64,000 bases of DNA. It comes from Clostridium sp. (lineage in GTDB: Bacteria > Bacillota_I > Bacilli_A > RF39 > UBA660). Below the pieces are notes generated by a model, which was given only the letters and a program-made list of their open reading frames with translations, was not told the origin of the DNA and searched no databases. Location: assembly GCA_023665725.1 (NCBI GenBank), contig JAMPDH010000002.1:7893-71892 (forward strand). Direction: 5' to 3'. The position numbers were made by a program, and so were the translations under genes. How positions within the stretch are numbered: the stretch's first letter is position 1; each line of letters starts with the position of its first letter. Below are positions 59,268 to 64,000 of the stretch, piece after piece.

Positions 59268-61763
59268 TTCTACTAACTCTGATTTTACAATTGCTGCTGT
59301 TGATACCCTTTGACCATCTTTTAAATGTATTAAACGTACACCTTGTGCAACACGACCTAACATTGATATTTGCGATAATGATAATCTAATAATTATACCA
59401 CTATCTGTTACAATTATTAATTCTTCATCACCGTCTATTATTTTAAATGAAACTATATTTCCGTTTTTTTCAGTTACATTTAATGTTTTTACACCCTTAC
59501 TTCCTCTATGGGTTATTCTGTATTGATCTATTTTTGTTCTTTTACCATACCCATTTTCTGTAACAATTAAGATTTCTTTATCTTTTTCTGCAACTTCGCA
59601 ACCAATACAAATTCCATCATCTACATCTATTCCGCGTACACCTGATGCTTGTCTTCCCATAGTCCTTATTTCATTTTCATTAAACCTAATCATTTTACCT
59701 TTTGAGGATGCCATTAATATATCATTTTCACCTGTTGTTTTCTTTACAGAAACCAATTCATCATCTGGTCTTAGTGTTATTGCTAATTTACCATTTGATC
59801 TAATAAGTTCAAAATCTGATACTTTTGTTTTTTTAATGATACCTTTTTGCGTACAAAATACAATAAATCCTTTTTCATCTTTAGGATTAATAACTAATAT
59901 AGATTTAACTCTTTCTTCTTTTTCTAAAGATAAAAGATTTACAATAGGTAATCCCTTAGATTGTCTGCTAAATAATGGAATCTCGTATCCTTTTAATCTA
60001 TAAACTTTTCCCCTATTTGTAAAGAACATTATGTAGTCGTGCGTATTCATATATGCGATTTGTTCTACAAAATCCTCATCATTAGTGGTCATACCTTTTA
60101 TTCCTACGCCACCTCTGTTTTGAATTTTATAATTTTCTACGCTTGCTCTTTTTATATATCCATTTCCCGTTAAAGTTATAATTACCTTTTCATTTGGAAT
60201 TAACGATTCATCTTCTATATAATCAATAGCAGTCATATCAATTTGTGTACGACGTTCATCGCCATATTTTTCTTTTATTTCAAGTAACTCTTCTTTAATA
60301 ATATTAAGAACCTTTGATTCACTAGCTAGTATTGATTTATATTCATCAATATTTGCCAATAATTGTTGTAATTCTGATTCAATCTTATCTCTTTCTAAGC
60401 CAGTTAAACGGCGTAATTTTAATTCTAATATTGCCTCAGCCTGAATTTCTGTTAATCCAAATCTAGATATTAACTTTTCTTTTGCCTCTATGTCACTTTC
60501 TGCATTTTTTATAATTTTGATTACTTCGTCTATATTATCTTGTGCAATTTTATAACCTTCTAAAATATGAACTCTTTGTTCAGCTTTTTCTAAATCAAAT
60601 TTAGTTCTTCTTATAATAACTTCCTTTTGATGATCAATATACTTAGCAATAATATCTTTAAGACATAAAGTTTTAGGCGTTAACCCATCTAACATTAAGA
60701 AAATTATTCCATAAGAAACTTGAAAATTAGTATGTTTATATAGATTATTAAGAACTACTTGTGAATTTGCATCTTTTTTCAAAGTAATTGTTATTTTTAC
60801 ACCATCTTTTAAATCTGTATGGTAATCACTTATTCCATCAAGTACCTTATCTCTAACAAGTTCAGCAACCTTATTTTTAAGATCCATAGTATTAACACCA
60901 TAAGGTACCTCAGTAATAACAATATTATTATGATTACCATTTTCCTCAATTATTGCCCTACTTCTTATAGTTATTGATCCTCTTCCTGTTTCATAAGCTT
61001 TTTTTATTCCGGAATTTCCTAAAATAATTCCACCGGTTGGAAAATCTGGACCCTTAATATATTCCATTAATCCAAGTGTATCAATTTCTGGGTTATCTAT
61101 ATATACAACACATCCATCTATTACTTCACTCAAATTATGAGGTGGAATATTTGTTGCCATTCCAACGGCTATTCCCATAGTTCCATTAACTAATATATTT
61201 GGAAATCTAGAAGGTAAAACCTCAGGTTCATCCAAAGTTTCATCAAAATTTTTACCCATATCAACAGTATTTTTCTTAATATCTCTTAATAATTCCAATG
61301 AAATTTTTGATAAACGTGATTCTGTATAACGCATTGCCGCTGCTCCATCACCTTCAATATTACCAAAATTTCCATGACCATCAATAAGTAAATATCTTTC
61401 ATTAAAATCCTGTGCTAGCCTAACCATTGCTTCATATATAGATGAATCCCCATGTGGATGATAGTTTCCCATTACTTCACCAACTGTTTTAGCTGATTTT
61501 CTATGAGGCTTATCTGGAGTATAGCCTGAGTTATACATAGACCATAGTATACGTCTATGAACTGGTTTTAATCCATCACGTAAATCAGGTAAGGCACGAG
61601 AAGTAATAACACTCATTGAATAATCTAGAAAAGAAGAATTAACCTCCTCAACTATATCATTTTCTGATAATTTATCTCTTTCATGAAAAGCTTTTCCAAA
61701 ATTTTCATCTGAAGAATCATCTGAATCATTATCTTCTATATCATATATTTTATCTTCTTCCAT
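59256..61763 (-). CDS. gyrA: DNA gyrase subunit A
   Basis: ...ALPDLRDGLKPVHRRILW...HPHGDSSIYEAMVRLAQ... (QRDR region), active-site AAMRYTE, C-terminal beta-pinwheel repeats. Confidence 0.97.
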   Translation of the reverse strand: MEEDKIYDIEDNDSDDSSDENFGKAFHERDKLSENDIVEEVNSSFLDYSMSVITSRALPDLRDGLKPVHRRILWSMYNSGYTPDKPHRKSAKTVGEVMGNYHPHGDSSIYEAMVRLAQDFNERYLLIDGHGNFGNIEGDGAAAMRYTESRLSKISLELLRDIKKNTVDMGKNFDETLDEPEVLPSRFPNILVNGTMGIAVGMATNIPPHNLSEVIDGCVVYIDNPEIDTLGLMEYIKGPDFPTGGIILGNSGIKKAYETGRGSITIRSRAIIEENGNHNNIVITEVPYGVNTMDLKNKVAELVRDKVLDGISDYHTDLKDGVKITITLKKDANSQVVLNNLYKHTNFQVSYGIIFLMLDGLTPKTLCLKDIIAKYIDHQKEVIIRRTKFDLEKAEQRVHILEGYKIAQDNIDEVIKIIKNAESDIEAKEKLISRFGLTEIQAEAILELKLRRLTGLERDKIESELQQLLANIDEYKSILASESKVLNIIKEELLEIKEKYGDERRTQIDMTAIDYIEDESLIPNEKVIITLTGNGYIKRASVENYKIQNRGGVGIKGMTTNDEDFVEQIAYMNTHDYIMFFTNRGKVYRLKGYEIPLFSRQSKGLPIVNLLSLEKEERVKSILVINPKDEKGFIVFCTQKGIIKKTKVSDFELIRSNGKLAITLRPDDELVSVKKTTGENDILMASSKGKMIRFNENEIRTMGRQASGVRGIDVDDGICIGCEVAEKDKEILIVTENGYGKRTKIDQYRITHRGSKGVKTLNVTEKNGNIVSFKIIDGDEELIIVTDSGIIIRLSLSQISMLGRVAQGVRLIHLKDGQRVSTAAIVKSELVEEEN

Positions 61764-61773
61764 TATTAACCTC

Positions 61774-63702
61774 CTATATATCTAAGTTTTGTACATTTAC
61801 TCCATTTTCTTCTATAAATTTTCTTCTAGGTTCTACTTCATCACCCATAAGTTTTTCAAATACTGCATCTGCTGCAACACAATCTGATACAGTTATTTTT
61901 TTCAATGTACGTTTTTCTATATCCATTGTTGTTTCATTTAATTCTTCAGCATCCATTTCTCCTAAACCTTTCATACGTGCAATCTCACAGCGTGTTCTTA
62001 TATTTTCAGGAAGTGATTTTAAATAATCTGAAAGTTCTTTTTCATCCAATACATATTTTCTTGTTTTTCCATGCATTATTCTAAACAAAGGTGGTTGTGC
62101 CGCATAAACATGTCCTGCTTCAACTATAGGTTTGAAAAATCTATAAAATAATGTTAATAATAAAACTCTAATATGTGAACCATCAACATCAGCATCTGTC
62201 ATTATTATTATCTTATCATATCTTAATTTAGATAAATCAAATTCTTCACCTATTCCAGTTCCAAATGCTGTAATAATAGTTCTAATTTCTTCATTTCCTA
62301 AAGCTCTATCAAGTCTAGCTTTTTCAACATTAAGAATTTTTCCTCTTAATGGAAGTATAGCCTGAGTCATAGAATCTCTTCCTTTTTTTGCAGAACCTCC
62401 AGCTGAATCTCCCTCCACAATAAATATCTCAGAAACTTTTGGATCCTTACTCTTACAATCTGATAATTTTCCAAAAAAGTTTGTTGTTGCTAAATCACTT
62501 TTTCTAGTAATTTCTCTTGCTTTTCTGGCAGCATTTCTAGCGCGACATGCAAGCATAGCTTTACTTATAATAATTTTAGCCTCTTCTGGATTTTCAAGTA
62601 AGAATCTTTCAAACCCTTGTGAAAAAACATTATCTGCTAATTTTCTTACCTCTGAATTTCCAAGTCTTCCTTTTGTCTGACCTTCAAACTGTGGATTTGG
62701 ATGTTTACAAGAAATAATCATCGTTAATCCTTCTTTTACATCGTCACCTGTTAAAGCATCATCTTTTTCTTTCAATATTCCATTTTTTTTAGCATATGAA
62801 TTAATAACACGTGTTAAAGCACGTCTCACACCTTCTTCATGTGTTCCTCCATCATGTGTATTTATGTTGTTAACAAATGAATATATATTTTCATTATAAC
62901 CTGTATTATATTGCATAGCTACTTCAAAGAAAACATTATCTTCTGTTCCCTCTAAATGAATTACATTTTCATGAATAGTGGTTTTACCTTGATTAATAAA
63001 TTTAACATATTCGCTTATTCCACCCTCATAAATAAAAGTTGTACCTGTTGTATCTTCTTCATCTCTGTCATCTCTAAGTGTTATTGATAATCCTTTATTT
63101 AAAAATGCCAATTCACGAACTCTTACCATTAAAGTATTATAATCATAAATATCTGTATCAAATATTTCAGGATCAGGTTTAAATGTAACAGTTGTACCTG
63201 TCCTATTTTTATCACAATCACCTATTATTTTTAATGGTTCTACTGTATAACCACCATTTTCAAAACGTACAAAGTATATTTTTCCATCTTTGTAAACTCT
63301 AACTTCAACCCATTTACTTAGTGCATTTACTACACTCGCACCTACTCCATGAAGTCCTCCTGATACTTTATAACTTCCTCCACCAAATTTTCCACCTGCA
63401 TGTAATACGGTATAAACTGTTTCTACAGTAGACATTCCAGTTTTTGGATGAACATCCGTAGGAATTCCTCTACCATTATCACTTACTGTAATAGAATTTC
63501 CTTTATTAATAATTATTTCTATTGCGTTACAATAGCCAGCTAACGCTTCATCTATAGAATTATCTACGATTTCCCAAACTAAATGATGCAAACCTTTAAC
63601 ATCAGTAGTTCCAATATACATTCCTGGTCTTTTTCTTACTGCCTCTAATCCTTCTAATACTTGTATATCCGATGCGTTATAATGTTCATTATTTTCTTTC
63701 AT
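61774..63702 (-). CDS. gyrB: DNA gyrase subunit B
   Basis: ...[24 protein letters not shown]...GGLHGVG...Toprim [15 protein letters not shown]...[10 protein letters not shown]. Confidence 0.97.
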   Translation of the reverse strand: MKENNEHYNASDIQVLEGLEAVRKRPGMYIGTTDVKGLHHLVWEIVDNSIDEALAGYCNAIEIIINKGNSITVSDNGRGIPTDVHPKTGMSTVETVYTVLHAGGKFGGGSYKVSGGLHGVGASVVNALSKWVEVRVYKDGKIYFVRFENGGYTVEPLKIIGDCDKNRTGTTVTFKPDPEIFDTDIYDYNTLMVRVRELAFLNKGLSITLRDDRDEEDTTGTTFIYEGGISEYVKFINQGKTTIHENVIHLEGTEDNVFFEVAMQYNTGYNENIYSFVNNINTHDGGTHEEGVRRALTRVINSYAKKNGILKEKDDALTGDDVKEGLTMIISCKHPNPQFEGQTKGRLGNSEVRKLADNVFSQGFERFLLENPEEAKIIISKAMLACRARNAARKAREITRKSDLATTNFFGKLSDCKSKDPKVSEIFIVEGDSAGGSAKKGRDSMTQAILPLRGKILNVEKARLDRALGNEEIRTIITAFGTGIGEEFDLSKLRYDKIIIMTDADVDGSHIRVLLLTLFYRFFKPIVEAGHVYAAQPPLFRIMHGKTRKYVLDEKELSDYLKSLPENIRTRCEIARMKGLGEMDAEELNETTMDIEKRTLKKITVSDCVAADAVFEKLMGDEVEPRRKFIEENGVNVQNLDI

Positions 63703-63706
63703 AATA

Positions 63707-64000
63707 TTACACCTCTTCCTCTATATTTCCATTTATTACTTTAAAAATTTTAGAATTTATTAATAATTTTTTATTAATATTTTTTAAATCCGTTGTAGTT
63801 ATAATTGATTGCATTTCACCATCAATGTATTTAATTAATTTATTTTTCTTTTTATTATCTAGTTCACTAAAAACATCATCTAAGAGCAAGATAGGAGATG
63901 ATGAAGAATATTGCTTAAATATTTCAACTTCTGCAAGTTTCATTGCTAAAACAGCTATTCGTTGCTGTCCTTGTGAGCCATGAAATTTTAAATTAACTCC
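63707..64000 (-). CDS. recF: DNA replication and repair protein RecF, 3' portion (gene continues beyond the right edge)
   Basis: The frame is open upstream of the track Met. My own translation of 63944-64000 gives [19 protein letters not shown] (RecF signature SQGQQR), then ...[12 protein letters not shown] (Walker B). Confidence 0.88.
   Translation of the reverse strand, partial: GVNLKFHGSQGQQRIAVLAMKLAEVEIFKQYSSSSPILLLDDVFSELDNKKKNKLIKYIDGEMQSIITTTDLKNINKKLLINSKIFKVINGNIEEEV

Noticed and set aside
1-64000. Mobile elements, prophage remnants, toxin-antitoxin pairs, retrons, DGRs, or alternative genetic code (TGA read as Trp).
   Set aside because: There are no transposase, integrase, reverse transcriptase or phage structural genes, and no flanking inverted or direct repeats around the accessory-looking genes (abi, metal operon). 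All conserved proteins are full length under the standard code.

Overview
Very AT-rich (by eye about three quarters A+T, not computed), standard-code, low-GC Bacillota-type chromosome segment. It is almost entirely origin-proximal housekeeping DNA. Every gene I can support lies on the minus strand, and all plus-strand ORFs in the track look like antisense shadows. Reading right to left, the window holds these blocks. (1) recF (partial), gyrB, gyrA. (2) A ~650-bp non-coding region holding a tandem ~173-bp repeat with two perfect parS palindromes, followed by a short SRP RNA gene. (3) tadA, dnaX, ybaB, recR, bofA, holB, ricT, trmN6, rsmI, pth, mfd, spoVT, tatD, a yabE-like gene and ksgA. (4) An alanine symporter, ung, tilS and ftsH. 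(5) An orphan prepilin-like gene, then parA, parB, a DUF951 gene, an AbgT-family transporter and ychF. (6) rpsF, ssb, rpsR. (7) The complete S10-spc-alpha ribosomal cluster from rpsJ to rplQ, which lacks rpmD. (8) An SDR oxidoreductase, rplM, rpsI, dxs, ldh, an rRNA methyltransferase and a pseudouridine synthase. (9) A five-gene heavy-metal operon: ArsR/CadC-type repressor, free HMA domain, Cd/Zn-type P1B ATPase, CopZ, CopA. (10) cwlD, an Abi_2 family gene that appears co-operonic with an HtrA protease, a helicase IV-like UvrD helicase, and the 5' part of an AddB/RexB-like nuclease running off the left edge. Gene order closely tracks the B. subtilis origin region. spoVT, bofA, cwlD and ricT suggest an endospore-forming lineage. 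I see no rRNA, tRNA, CRISPR array, transposase, integrase or prophage genes. I do not see a convincing novel multi-gene system. The observations most worth follow-up are the tandem parS-bearing repeat, the Abi_2-HtrA pair, the terminator-like hairpin in the S10 leader, the short SRP RNA, and the prepilin-like gene at the head of the parAB operon. All calls come from reading the sequence and recalling families; no searches were run.
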